DNA of 63,522 nucleotides, filler included, from Planctomycetota bacterium (GTDB lineage Bacteria; Planctomycetota; Planctomycetia; JALXBF01), in assembly GCA_026991575.1 (NCBI GenBank). It is 4 parts of 4 records of this genome, joined end to end, with 100 filler letters (N's around TTAATTAATTAA, not from the genome) between each part and the next. Parts side by side here need not be neighbours in the genome. Positions count along the whole stretch, not along the records: positions 16,198 to 32,034 come from JALXBF010000119.1; positions 32,135 to 47,873 come from JALXBF010000120.1; 2 more parts are not named here. The stretch is one strand, 5' to 3'. Position numbers and translations under genes: made by a program. This document shows positions 20,170-33,628 of this stretch, in pieces. The notes beneath the pieces were generated by a model. That model did not search any database. It saw only the letters and a list, made by a program, of their open reading frames with translations, and was not told where the DNA came from. Positions within the stretch are counted from its first letter, which is position 1, and each line of letters opens with the position of its first letter.

Positions 20170-21348
20170 TCAGGACGACTTGTCCGGCTTCTGGCCCTCG
20201 GAAGACGTCTCCGAGAAGTGCGCCGCGAAATAGTCCTTGAGCCGTTCCAGGAACGACTTCCTCTGCGGCAGCACGTCGCGCTGCTCCAGCGCGGCCAACT
20301 CGCGGAGCAACTCTTCCTCGCGTGCCGTCACCTTCTTGGGAACCTCGATAAAGACGCGCACGATCAGATCACCGCGACGCCCTCCCCTGGGATCGGGCAT
20401 GCCTCGTCCGCGGAGTACGATCACGGAACCGCTCTGTGTACCCGGTTCGATCCGGACACGCTCGGGCCCTTCCAGCGTGGGCACTTCGATCTCAGCACCG
20501 AGGACTGCCTGGGGATAGGAGATCGGGACCTCGATCAACAGGTCTCGTCCGTGCCGCTGGAACAACGGGTGGTCACGTACGACGACTGTGCAGTACAGGT
20601 CACCGCGGGTGGCGCCATTGCTGCCGGGTTCGCCTTCGGCCGGGATATGCAGCTGCGTGCCGGTGTCCACGCCCGGGGGGATGACGATTTCCAACCGGCG
20701 ACGGACACGGACGCGTCCCGCGCCGTCGCATTCGCTGCATCGGGCGGCCTCGGGAATGACCGTGCCCTGACCGTGACAGGCCGGACAGGTGGTCACGACG
20801 CGGAACATGCCCGACATGCGGACCACCTCGCCGGCCCCGCCGCAGTACGCACACGCCACGGGGCGGCGTCCGGGTTCGACGCCAGAGCCCCTGCACCGCG
20901 TACACCATTCGCGTCGCTGGATCTCGATGAGTTTGGTCACCCCCCGGGCCGCTTCCTCCAGGCTGATCACCACCTCGGTTCGCAGGTCGCGGCCCCGCTG
21001 GCCCCGGCGTGCGGCTCGGGAGCCACCGAAGAACGAATCCCACCCGGGGCCAAGGAAGTCGCGGAGCAAGTGATCGAAGATGTCTTCCATGGAGCTGAAG
21101 TCCGGCGCGACCTGCTGGCCCTGGAGGCCGGCGTGGCCGTAGCGGTCGTACAGCGCGCGCTTCTCAGGGTTCGAAAGTACCTCGTAGGCCTCGGCCGCTT
21201 CCCGGAACTTCCGCTCAGCATCCGGATCGTCCGGGTTCCGGTCCGGGTGGTACTTCAGCGCCAGCTTGCGAAACGCCCGTTTGATCGTCTCCTGATCAGC
21301 GTCGCGCGGCACCCCCAAGATTTCGTAGTAATCCCGTTCGGTCGGCAT
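20170..21348 (-). CDS. dnaJ: Chaperone DnaJ
   Basis: J-domain with HPD; four CxxCxGxG repeats. Confidence 0.98.
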   Translation of the reverse strand: MPTERDYYEILGVPRDADQETIKRAFRKLALKYHPDRNPDDPDAERKFREAAEAYEVLSNPEKRALYDRYGHAGLQGQQVAPDFSSMEDIFDHLLRDFLGPGWDSFFGGSRAARRGQRGRDLRTEVVISLEEAARGVTKLIEIQRREWCTRCRGSGVEPGRRPVACAYCGGAGEVVRMSGMFRVVTTCPACHGQGTVIPEAARCSECDGAGRVRVRRRLEIVIPPGVDTGTQLHIPAEGEPGSNGATRGDLYCTVVVRDHPLFQRHGRDLLIEVPISYPQAVLGAEIEVPTLEGPERVRIEPGTQSGSVIVLRGRGMPDPRGGRRGDLIVRVFIEVPKKVTAREEELLRELAALEQRDVLPQRKSFLERLKDYFAAHFSETSSEGQKPDKSS

Positions 21349-21470
21349 GGATGGCTCCCTGGAACGGCATCCCCTCAAGGCGCGTCGAGTCAGCGAACTG
21401 CTGCAGCGGGCCAGACGGTTGCCACTCTTCAATGATATCGCGCGCCCATGAGGCAGGCGGCCGGCACCAC

Positions 21471-21504
21471 AAGAAAGCCGCGCGGCAGCCTGCGCCGCGC
21501 GGCT
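21471..21504 (-). terminator. Intrinsic terminator after groEL
   Basis: 11-bp GC stem (21476-21486/21494-21504) followed by TTCTT on the minus strand. Confidence 0.65.
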
Positions 21505-21545
21505 CAGTGTAGCCGATCTGGTCGGTCTTGCCAGTCCAGAACCGA

Positions 21546-23210
<1,665 letters not shown>

Positions 23211-23234
23211 CTATGGCGAGTCGGTCCGCGACGA

Positions 23235-23567
23235 CTACTGGACCACCTTCGCCAGCACGTCACTCTCACGGAGGATCTTCAGCTCCTTGCCATCGATCTC
23301 AATGTCGGTGCCGGAGTACTTGCCGAAGATCACCTCATCGCCCACGGCCACCGACATCGGAGCCCGCTCCCCGTTTTCCAACAACTTGCCGGGCCCCACA
23401 GCGATCACACGGCCGCGTTGTGGCTTCTCCTTAGCCGTATCTGGCAGGACAATCCCACCGGGAGTGACCTCTTCCGACTCGAGCGGCTCAACAACCACCC
23501 GGTCATCCAACGGCTTGAGGGTAACCTTCAGTTCTTCCTTCTTTTCTTTAGTTGCAGCCTTTGCCAT
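23235..23567 (-). CDS. groS: Co-chaperonin GroES
   Basis: '[26 protein letters not shown]'. Confidence 0.99.
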   Translation of the reverse strand: MAKAATKEKKEELKVTLKPLDDRVVVEPLESEEVTPGGIVLPDTAKEKPQRGRVIAVGPGKLLENGERAPMSVAVGDEVIFGKYSGTDIEIDGKELKILRESDVLAKVVQ

Positions 23568-23657
23568 CGTGCTAACCTCCCTCCATTACGTCGCACGCTA
23601 TCTCACGTATCGCTCTGCACGATCTCACCGTCAGCAGCCAACCGTCACGTGCGTGAA

Positions 23658-25406
<1,749 letters not shown>

Positions 25407-25409
25407 TCA

Positions 25410-25425
25410 TGCAACGCCCGTACCG
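25410..25425 (-). promoter_or_regulatory. Putative sigma54 promoter of groEL
   Basis: Minus strand CGGTACGGGCGTTGCA (GG-N10-GC). Confidence 0.5.
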
Positions 25426-25550
25426 ACAGCGGAGGCGAGACGCAACCGATTGCAAAGAAGTGCCTTACTGGCACGCGGCCCGCAACGACCACGGTCCTAG
25501 CCCCTGCCATCCTGACACCCGTCCCGCCACGGGCGGTTCCGACCTGGCAG

Positions 25551-26105
25551 TCAGCGGCTATCGGGCGGCCGCACCACTTCCAGCAACAGCACCGTCGGCC
25601 CCTCACCACAGTGGATCACCGCAGTCCGACCGTAGCAGAGCTCGTTGCGCTGGAGCCCAAACCACCGGCACCACTGGTCGTTCGGCTCAAACGCCCAGTA
25701 TGCCATGGGCACGACGGTGCGAAGCGGATGGTGGGCAATGAGGATCGTGCCCAGCGGCGTACGAGCCTCCAGAACCTGACGAGCCACTTCCGGACCAACC
25801 GCGGCCAGGTCCAGCGCCATGATGCCAAACTCAACAGGACGCTCTTGACCCGTGACGTCCAGGAGCACGGCACGCGTGTACCAGTGGCCACGACGTGCTC
25901 GCTCAAGCACGCGGATCGTAACCTCGCCCCCGTAGAACTCCTCTAGCGTCGTCGTCATGTGCGCCCGGTGCTGCAGGAGCCGGCGAGCGTCCGGCGGCAT
26001 CTCGGGCGGGTCGACCGGGCGATACAGCGGGCAGCGCAGTCGGCGAAACGCGGCGAAGAAGGTGGCCGGCTCATGCAAGTCAAGTGCATATGTGTCGATG
26101 CTCAT
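25551..26105 (-). CDS. Chorismate-lyase/UTRA-fold (DUF98-like) protein
   Basis: 'HMTTTLEEFY', 'TRAVLL', 'PLGTIL', 'YGRT' pattern. Confidence 0.6.
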   Translation of the reverse strand: MSIDTYALDLHEPATFFAAFRRLRCPLYRPVDPPEMPPDARRLLQHRAHMTTTLEEFYGGEVTIRVLERARRGHWYTRAVLLDVTGQERPVEFGIMALDLAAVGPEVARQVLEARTPLGTILIAHHPLRTVVPMAYWAFEPNDQWCRWFGLQRNELCYGRTAVIHCGEGPTVLLLEVVRPPDSR

Positions 26106-26164
26106 CGGCCTCCGGCCCCGCTTGCATACCTCGGCAGCATCGCCCGCCCGCGCAGCTGCAGCAG

Positions 26165-27988
26165 CTAGGTCGTGGGCTGAATCACGGGCAACGGACTGGT
26201 CCCGAGCTGGTCGCTCGGCGTGTAGTCCAGGACCGTGTCGAGCAAGAAGACCAGCAGATCCCGCAGCGGCTCCACGTCGACCGACTCGGCAACCTCCCGC
26301 GCTCGCTCCCGGTACTTCTTGACCAGCCGGTACGCTTTCTCAAAGACGCCCAACTCCGCGAACAGGCCGCGAAGCCGTTGCACGGCCGCCAGGTCGCGGC
26401 CGTCGCCCTGAAGCGTCGGCTCCAGCGCGGCCCGCAGCCGCCGGTCGTCAGCATCGAGCGCGAGGGCAAGCAGGAGTGTGGGACGGGCCGAGAGGGCGTC
26501 CTGTCCGGCGAGCAGTTTGTTATGGTCGTCACCGTCCCAGTCCTTCAAGTCGTTAATGATCTGGAAGGCGATGCCCACGTGACGCGTGTAAGCGGTAACC
26601 TTCTGGGCCAGATCGCCGACCGGGCCGGCCAGGCGCAGGCCCGTGTAGAGCGCCGCCTCGAAGGCCGGTGCGGTCTTCAGGGCGTAGATCCGCAGCGCCT
26701 CCAACGGGGTCAGCCTCTTGTCGGTGCTTTCACGCCAGATGAGCTCGGCTCCTTGCCCTTCGGCCAGCTTCAGGTGCGCGTCCGCCATGCAGCGAAGCAC
26801 GTCGGCAACCGCGTCCGCAGGAACCTGCTCGCCATCATCCGGCTTTAGCAGCCGGTACCCCAGCCCGATCAGGTAATCGCCAACGTTCAACGCGACCGGT
26901 AGCCCATGGGTGCGGTGCAGTGTCTCGCGGCCGTAACGGTACAGGTCGTCGTCCTCGATGTCATCGTGCACCAGTGAGGCTTTATGGAAGACCTCAATCG
27001 CCATCGCCGCCCGGCAGACGAACCGGGGCAAGCGAAGCGGCAGTTCTTCGTCCAGCACGGCGCCGTCGGAGGCAGCGCCACCGGTCATTGCGTCATAGCT
27101 TGCAAGGGTGATGAACGGGCGAAACCGGCGTCCGCCGCGGGCGAGAAAATCAAACGCAATCGCCTCGGTGGCTGCCACCGGGTCCGTCATCGGATCGGCC
27201 CCTTCCGGCAGCTGGGCCAGGCGAGTACGTGGCACGAACTGCTCGACCGTACCCGGCTCGAAGAGCTGCTTAGCCAGCCGCATCAGCGGCAGGTAGCTCC
27301 GGGTGCGCACCGGCGGTGGCTCCGTGCGCCACTCGATCACTTCGGCCACCCAGTCCTCGTCCACCGACGTTTCCTTACATTTGTTCGATAGCAGCGGGAC
27401 GGCAATCGCCGGCACGCCGACCTGAAGGACCTTATTGAACGCTTTCTCCAGCACGTCCAGGCAGGCCACCCCGAGGATGGCGTCGACGTAACCGCTGACG
27501 ATAATCTTCAGCACGATCGGGGTGCCTTCAGCCACGAGCACCTTGTAGCCGAGCTCCTCGGCACGCCGCTTGAAGTCGGCAATCACGCACGCGCCGCACT
27601 CCAGACACTGCAACCCGAACTCGTCATAATCGGCCGGACAGCCTTCGGCGTGCTTGAGACAGTGAGGCAGCAAGAGCATGCGGCGGCTGAAGTCGACCGA
27701 CATGAACTGGTCGCGCCAGAACTCGTTCGACAGACAGACCATGGCGAAGCCGGTGTAGCTTCGGGGCAGACCGGCCTCGTCGAGCAATTTCTCTGCTTGG
27801 CCCTGGAGAAACTCGCGACTGAGCGGTTTGCTGCGGTCAAAGCTGCGGGCGGTCTCGGCCGCCAGTGCGCGAATGCGATCGCGCAGCTCCCTGCTGGGCG
27901 GCACCACTTTCAGGTGTGCCGTACTCGGTCGTCGCGGCGTCTGCTTGCCGTTCTCCAGCCGCTCGGGTCGTGACTCAGGCACAGCCAC
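26165..27988 (-). CDS. DUF116 domain fused to polyprenyl diphosphate synthase
   Basis: 'LLPHCL..C..C..C..C..GVAC'; first Asp-rich motif 'HDDIEDDD..RYG'; second motif 'FQIINDLKD'. Confidence 0.88.
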   Translation of the reverse strand: MAVPESRPERLENGKQTPRRPSTAHLKVVPPSRELRDRIRALAAETARSFDRSKPLSREFLQGQAEKLLDEAGLPRSYTGFAMVCLSNEFWRDQFMSVDFSRRMLLLPHCLKHAEGCPADYDEFGLQCLECGACVIADFKRRAEELGYKVLVAEGTPIVLKIIVSGYVDAILGVACLDVLEKAFNKVLQVGVPAIAVPLLSNKCKETSVDEDWVAEVIEWRTEPPPVRTRSYLPLMRLAKQLFEPGTVEQFVPRTRLAQLPEGADPMTDPVAATEAIAFDFLARGGRRFRPFITLASYDAMTGGAASDGAVLDEELPLRLPRFVCRAAMAIEVFHKASLVHDDIEDDDLYRYGRETLHRTHGLPVALNVGDYLIGLGYRLLKPDDGEQVPADAVADVLRCMADAHLKLAEGQGAELIWRESTDKRLTPLEALRIYALKTAPAFEAALYTGLRLAGPVGDLAQKVTAYTRHVGIAFQIINDLKDWDGDDHNKLLAGQDALSARPTLLLALALDADDRRLRAALEPTLQGDGRDLAAVQRLRGLFAELGVFEKAYRLVKKYRERAREVAESVDVEPLRDLLVFLLDTVLDYTPSDQLGTSPLPVIQPTT

Positions 27989-29834
27989 TACTAGCCTCCA
28001 CCTCCGATCCACCTTGCCCCACGACCGTCGCAGTTGCCTGCTGCCGCACGGCAAGCCAGCCGTCGACCAGGGCCTGCGTGCCGAAGATCATGGGGTACAG
28101 GCGTTCGAAGTACCACAGTTTAGCGAAGTATAGGCCGATCGGCGCAGGCCGTAGCCACTGGCCCTCCTCCAGCCGCTGCCCCAACCAGGCAAGCCCCCGC
28201 AGCAGCGGCTCGCGCGGGCCGTTTCGGCACGCGGCCAGAGCGGTCACGGCCAAACCGGTTTCCTCAACCGTGGCCGCTAACCCAGGCCCACCTCCCCAAC
28301 CGCCGTCGTCGTGTTGGCACGACGTCAGCCAGCGCAGCGCCCGTTCAGCCGCTCGGGCTGCCGGCTCCGCCGTCCGCGCCTGCTGGGCAAGCAGCTCCAG
28401 CGCAAGCAGCACCCGGGCCGTGCCATATAGCGGGTTCTGCTGCTCAGGGTGCTGTTCGTTGCCGAACCACAGCGGCACGAAGCTACCGTCGTCCCGCTGG
28501 GTCTTGAGCAGATAGTCCAGGCCGCGGCCCATGGCCCGATCCATGCGGCGTGCCATGTGCCCGCTTCGGAACACGCCACGCCATGCGTACAGGGCGCGCA
28601 GGGCGTGTGCCGTCAGGTCTGGGGCACTCTGGTCAAAGGGCAGCCAGCCCCAGCCGCGGCAGAACGTAGGCCAACCGCCGTCTCGGTTCTGAAGCGTCAA
28701 CAGCCACCGGATCGCCCTTTGGGCGGCGAACCGCACCTGCGGTCGATCCGCGCTGGGGCGGACTGCCAGGAGCGCAGCTGCGGTATCGTCCGCGTCGGGA
28801 ACAGAGCCGGGCAAGTCGGTCCAGCCCCAGCCTCCGGCAGCTGTGCCCGTGTACGGATGCGGTTGGCGGTGCTGGCAGGCCAGCAGCCAGCGGCGGGCGG
28901 CAGCCGTATCGGCGGGCGCTGGATCCAGTCCCCCCCGGACAGCGCGCTCCAGCACGTGCAACGTCAGACTGGTCAGCCAGCAGGCCAGGTCGGCATCCAC
29001 CGGCCAGCTGCCATCGGACCGCTGCAGCCGTCTCAGAAACTGAAGACCACCGGTGACGACCGGATCGTGGCAACGACCGACCGCCATCAGGCTCATGCAC
29101 ACGAACGCCGTCAACGGGACGGCTTCCAGGTACCCACCGCTTACGGGCTGAATCCGCCTCAAGCGGCGCAGCGCCAGCGGCACGACCACAGGCCAGCTCA
29201 TGCGACGCAGCCGGCCGGCATTGCGGCTAGCCCCGCAGTAGCCGATGGCAATCAGTGCTGGCAGCGCATAGGAGACCACGCCGATCTGTAGTCCGCGGAG
29301 CAGACGGTGTGGCAGGATGCCCAATTCGAACGGCAGTGCGGGGAGCTCGTCCCAGGCAACCTCCCCGGCGATGGCCAGCATGGTCATGATCGGCACGACA
29401 AATGTCCGGTCCGTGCCATAACGGGCCCGCAGCGCGGCCAGCCCACCGGAACGTGCCACGTACTGGCGGGCCGCGGACACGACCGAGCGGTATCGGCGGT
29501 CTGCCCCGGTGATCCGCAGCGCGGCCAGGGCAAGCAGCGATGTGGCGATGTTGCTGCGGCAACCCGGCGCGTCGCCCCAGCCACCGTCGCCGTTTTGATC
29601 TGCGACCAGCCACTCAATCCCAGCAGCCACCGCCGCGTCATCGTGCGCGTTGGCCATGCCCGCCCGACCCGCCAGGCACAGTGCGGCGCAGGCAGTGGCC
29701 GTAGCCAGGGCTGAAGAGGCCAACTCGCCCCGCCAGCAACCTGCAGCGGTCTGCTCGCCAGCCAGGGCGGTCACAGCCTGCTGTGCCCAGCGTCGCAGGC
29801 GCTTCGGCTCAAGTTGGCCGGGGGGAAACGTCAT
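27975..29834 (-). CDS. Squalene-hopene cyclase-like class II terpene cyclase
   Basis: Catalytic 'PDADDT'; several QxxDGG/SW repeats; 'IGLYFAKLWY'. Confidence 0.9.
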   Translation of the reverse strand: MTFPPGQLEPKRLRRWAQQAVTALAGEQTAAGCWRGELASSALATATACAALCLAGRAGMANAHDDAAVAAGIEWLVADQNGDGGWGDAPGCRSNIATSLLALAALRITGADRRYRSVVSAARQYVARSGGLAALRARYGTDRTFVVPIMTMLAIAGEVAWDELPALPFELGILPHRLLRGLQIGVVSYALPALIAIGYCGASRNAGRLRRMSWPVVVPLALRRLRRIQPVSGGYLEAVPLTAFVCMSLMAVGRCHDPVVTGGLQFLRRLQRSDGSWPVDADLACWLTSLTLHVLERAVRGGLDPAPADTAAARRWLLACQHRQPHPYTGTAAGGWGWTDLPGSVPDADDTAAALLAVRPSADRPQVRFAAQRAIRWLLTLQNRDGGWPTFCRGWGWLPFDQSAPDLTAHALRALYAWRGVFRSGHMARRMDRAMGRGLDYLLKTQRDDGSFVPLWFGNEQHPEQQNPLYGTARVLLALELLAQQARTAEPAARAAERALRWLTSCQHDDGGWGGGPGLAATVEETGLAVTALAACRNGPREPLLRGLAWLGQRLEEGQWLRPAPIGLYFAKLWYFERLYPMIFGTQALVDGWLAVRQQATATVVGQGGSEVEASSGCA

Positions 29835-29846
29835 CGGAGCTTGTCT

Positions 29847-31373
29847 TCAAGCGGTCAGCCGTCTGCTCTCCCAGATGAACTTCGCCGTCCACTGGACAAT
29901 CTGCAACCGCCCGGTAAGCTGGATGAACAACCTGCGCCAGAGGGGGGCGCCCGCCCCAGCCTGGTTGTCCCAATACATCCGTGGGATCCACTTGAAGTTC
30001 AGGTTGTAGCTGAGACGGAAGAGACGCCAGTGCAGGTCAGTCATGTCGCGGATGGTGAACGGCCGTCCGAGTCGGGGATCGACGGGACTGTAGAAGATCG
30101 GGAAGATTACCACGCGTTCGTTGTACAGCCGCTCGATCCAGCGCACCGTCGCCTCGACATGCTCGGGCTGCTCACCCGGCAAGCCCATAATCAGGCTTAC
30201 CATCGGGAAGAAGCCTGCCCGAGCCAGCCGCCGCACCGTCTCCTCGCACAGCTCCCCCCACTCCTCTACGCGATACGGCCGAATCTTGCCGCCTTTCTGG
30301 TTCATCTCCAGCAGCTCACCGGAGGCGGTCTCGACCCCAAGATTGACCCACAAGTACTCGTGCCGCTGGCCGTCGACCAGGATGTCATGGATTTCTCGGA
30401 GGTCATCGTCGGAGAGCGCAGCGGCCGACGTGACGTTGCAGTGGTCAAGCTGGATCAATTTCAGGTCTGGCAGGGAACGGAGCGTGCGGCACAATTGCTT
30501 CACCGCTTCGGCCCGGACCTGCCCCCGCACGGAACCGTAGCGGAAGAAATCCTCGCTCAGGGCGCAAATCGAGCGGACCCCCGCGGCAAGGTTGGCTTCC
30601 ACGTCGCGCACGATGGTTTCCAGCGGTAGGTGAATCATCCGCTCGCGTGCAATGGTGCAGAACTGGCAGCCCTTGCCGCAGCCGCGACTGACCTCGATCA
30701 CCCCCATGCACGTAGCTCCATGGATCGCGGGGATTTCGTTCGGCCCGACGCCGTTGGCGTAGATGACAAACGGCAGTGGCTCGCCCGAAGCGACCCTGCG
30801 GAACAACTCCGGGGCATCCTGCTCGGCATAGCCCCGGACCACATGGTCAATGCCAAGCCTGCGGGCCACACGCGGGTGTTGTTCAAGCTGCCAGGCACCG
30901 GCACCGCCGGCAAGAATGCGAAAGCGATAGCCAGCCGAGCTGCGGAGCCGGTCAAGCTGCCGCAGCATCCGTCGGTACCAGGTGTGCGTGTACAGCCGCC
31001 CGCCGGCCATGTCAGTCATGGTGGTGTTGGACATGCCGTAGCCGAGCGGATCGCTTGACGAGACGGCGACGATGCGCGTTTCCGGGCCGATGACCCGCTC
31101 CAGCTCCTCCGGCCGCACGACGATGACCTCCGACCGGTCGAAGCCACCGCGCAGCAGACCGGCTTCGATCCGGCGCACCCCCAACGGCGCCTTCACCGCG
31201 CGCAGCCCCCGACGCGGCATCGGAGGCGCCACGCAGTAGCGCATGATCGGCTCGGGCACGCTCGTCGTCTGGATCGTGCCCATCATGCCATCGAAGAGCA
31301 CGTCATAGTTGGCCATCAACGTGCGATCGGCAGTGAGAACGATCGGGTAGCCGCCCGGTCGCTTCCCGGCCAT
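29847..31373 (-). CDS. Radical SAM protein with B12-binding-like N-terminal domain (archaeal Grs/Gms-like)
   Basis: 'EVSRGCGKGCQFC'; N-terminal 'IVLTADRTLM', 'APLGVRRIEA', 'DPLG', 'GGAGAWQ'. Confidence 0.85.
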   Translation of the reverse strand: MAGKRPGGYPIVLTADRTLMANYDVLFDGMMGTIQTTSVPEPIMRYCVAPPMPRRGLRAVKAPLGVRRIEAGLLRGGFDRSEVIVVRPEELERVIGPETRIVAVSSSDPLGYGMSNTTMTDMAGGRLYTHTWYRRMLRQLDRLRSSAGYRFRILAGGAGAWQLEQHPRVARRLGIDHVVRGYAEQDAPELFRRVASGEPLPFVIYANGVGPNEIPAIHGATCMGVIEVSRGCGKGCQFCTIARERMIHLPLETIVRDVEANLAAGVRSICALSEDFFRYGSVRGQVRAEAVKQLCRTLRSLPDLKLIQLDHCNVTSAAALSDDDLREIHDILVDGQRHEYLWVNLGVETASGELLEMNQKGGKIRPYRVEEWGELCEETVRRLARAGFFPMVSLIMGLPGEQPEHVEATVRWIERLYNERVVIFPIFYSPVDPRLGRPFTIRDMTDLHWRLFRLSYNLNFKWIPRMYWDNQAGAGAPLWRRLFIQLTGRLQIVQWTAKFIWESRRLTA

Positions 31374-32034
31374 CAGAGCTCCATGCTCTCGAGCTGATCG
31401 ATGAGATCGTCAAGTTCGTCGCGCTGTTTTGGTTGCGTACGACCATCCCCCCGCTGTTTGGCGGACAGCGATCCAACCGGCGCCCGGCCGGCTTTGACCA
31501 GCTCGCGGTCCCGTTCCTTGATCGCCAGCGTCAGCGGATCTTCACCACCGAACAGTCGCGACAGATCGAGCTTCAGCCCGCCACCCTCGCCATCGCCCGC
31601 CCCGGCGATCGCCGGCGTCTTGTGCATCGGAAACATGATTGCCCCTTCCGGACACACGCGGCTGCAGGCCGGACAGCCGCGGCGACAGTTGTCCGGCTGC
31701 TCGACCAGGATCCGTTCCTGGCCGTCTAGCCCGTAGACGCCAAACAAGCAAAAGTCGATGCATTCCATGCAGTTCGTGCAGCGACTGTAGTCGATGACCG
31801 GATACCACCGCCGGGGCAACGCGCCATCCACGGCCCGGACCGGCGCGGCGGTCGAGGCAGGACCGGCCTTCAGCGGCACGGTCTGAACAGCCAGCTCGGC
31901 GCGGATGCGTCGAATCTCGGCAAGCACCGAGTCGGCATCCGCGACGTCCTTGAGACCAATGCAATAGATGGCCCGCTGCGGTAGCGGGTCGATCAACCGT
32001 GGCTCGGCTGGATCGGCTAATGGGTCAACCTGAC
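31373..32034 (-). CDS. 2x[4Fe-4S] ferredoxin-family protein, 5'-truncated
   Basis: 'CTNCMECIDFC' and 'CRRGCPACSRVCP'; stop codon overlaps the next start. Confidence 0.88.
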
Positions 32035-32134
32035 NNNNNNNNNNNNNNNNNNNNNNNNNNNNNNNNNNNNNNNNNNNNTTAATTAATTAANNNNNNNNNN
32101 NNNNNNNNNNNNNNNNNNNNNNNNNNNNNNNNNN
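32035..32134. other. Artificial contig linker
   Basis: N-TTAATTAATTAA-N. Confidence 0.98.
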
Positions 32135-32312
32135 GCCGACATCGCCGCCACGGTGTGCCGCTTGCTGGGATACGCCCCGGCCACCTCCGTGACCTTGCCC
32201 CAGGGCCGCTTTATACCATTGGCTGAAGGGCAACCGATCGCCGAGCTGGTTGATATGCCGACCCGTGCTCGGGTCTGATCACGCTCAGTCCCCCTTGCAG
32301 TGCAGGACCACG

Positions 32313-33626
32313 ATGAGCACAGTTCTGCCCATTCAGCGTCTGTTGCAGGAACCGGAACAGCCAGAGGTGTCGGACCCGGAGGCTGCAGTTCTGGCCGAGC
32401 TAGAACGCGTTGGCCTGGCGCAGCGGCTGCGGCCCGGGGCATCGGTAGCCGTGGCTGTGGGCAGCCGTGGCATCGCCAACCTGGTTCCCATCGTCCAGGC
32501 CGTGATCAAAGCGGTCCGGCAAGCAGGCGGCCAGCCCTTTGTCGTCGCAGCAATGGGTAGCCACGGTGGAGCAACTCCGGAAGGTCAGCGAGCCCTGCTT
32601 GCTGAACTGGGAATCACGGAGCAAGCCGTTGGCGTCCCCATCAAGACCGACATGGACGCCCGCCGAATCGGCACCAACGAATTCGGACTTCCTGTCTACT
32701 GGGACTGCAACGCCCTGGCGGCCGACGCGGTGATTACCGTCTCGCGGATCAAACCGCACACGGATTTCCGGGGTCGGTTCGAGAGCGGCATCGTGAAGAT
32801 GTTAGTCGTCGGGCTCGGCAAGCGGCTCGGCGCGGAATCGATCCACCGCTACGGTGCCCGCGGGCTGAGGACCATGCTCGAGGCGTCGGCCCGTGTGGTT
32901 CTGGAAAAGACCCCGTTCCTGCTCGGCGTGGCTATCGTCGAGAACTTCTACGACCAAACCGCATTGATCCGCGCCGTGCCCCGCGAGGAATTGCTGGCGG
33001 AGGAGCCGAAGCTGCTGGAACAAGCCCGGCAGCTCATGGCAACGCTGCCGTTCGACGAGCTGGATGTGCTGGTCATCGGAGAGCTGGGCAAGAACTACTC
33101 CGGCTGCGGCATCGACCCGAACGTGATCGGCCGGATGTATATTGCCGGCGAGCCGGAGTTTGATCGGCCGCGCATCGCTCGAATCGTCGTCCTGGACCTG
33201 GCCCCGGAAAGTCACGGCAACGGCACTGGCGTGGGGCTGGCTGATTTCATCACCGAACGACTACGTCGAGCAATCGACCGGCGGCCAACTGAGGTTAACG
33301 CGATGGTATCAACTTTTGTGGAGCGCGCGCGTGTGCCGCTAGCCTTCGAGAATGATCGGGCTGCGATCGAGGCTGCGCTGCAGACGTGCTGGCAGCCGGA
33401 CCGGTCCAAAGTCCGGCTAGCCATCATTCCCAACACGCTACAGCTCCGCGAACTCTGGGCCACCCCCGCCGCCTGCCAGCAACCCCTGCCACCGTACGTT
33501 CGGATCGAGCCGGACTGCCGCCCGATTCCCTTTGATGACAACGGCAATCTTCGCCAGGAGGAACTGTTCCCCCACTCATGGCGATCCTATCGGGCCAAAG
33601 GCATCCTGCTGACGGCAGCGCACTGA
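32313..33626 (+). CDS. LarA-like N-terminal domain (DUF2088) protein
   Basis: 'GSRGI', 'AMGSHGGAT', 'RIKPHTDF', 'ESG..KM..GLGK'. Confidence 0.8.
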   Translation: MSTVLPIQRLLQEPEQPEVSDPEAAVLAELERVGLAQRLRPGASVAVAVGSRGIANLVPIVQAVIKAVRQAGGQPFVVAAMGSHGGATPEGQRALLAELGITEQAVGVPIKTDMDARRIGTNEFGLPVYWDCNALAADAVITVSRIKPHTDFRGRFESGIVKMLVVGLGKRLGAESIHRYGARGLRTMLEASARVVLEKTPFLLGVAIVENFYDQTALIRAVPREELLAEEPKLLEQARQLMATLPFDELDVLVIGELGKNYSGCGIDPNVIGRMYIAGEPEFDRPRIARIVVLDLAPESHGNGTGVGLADFITERLRRAIDRRPTEVNAMVSTFVERARVPLAFENDRAAIEAALQTCWQPDRSKVRLAIIPNTLQLRELWATPAACQQPLPPYVRIEPDCRPIPFDDNGNLRQEELFPHSWRSYRAKGILLTAAH

Positions 33627-33628
33627 AG

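Noticed and set aside
25450..25465. Second sigma54-like element AGGCACTTCTTTGCA
   Set aside because: GG-to-GC spacing is 9 nt, not the required 10.
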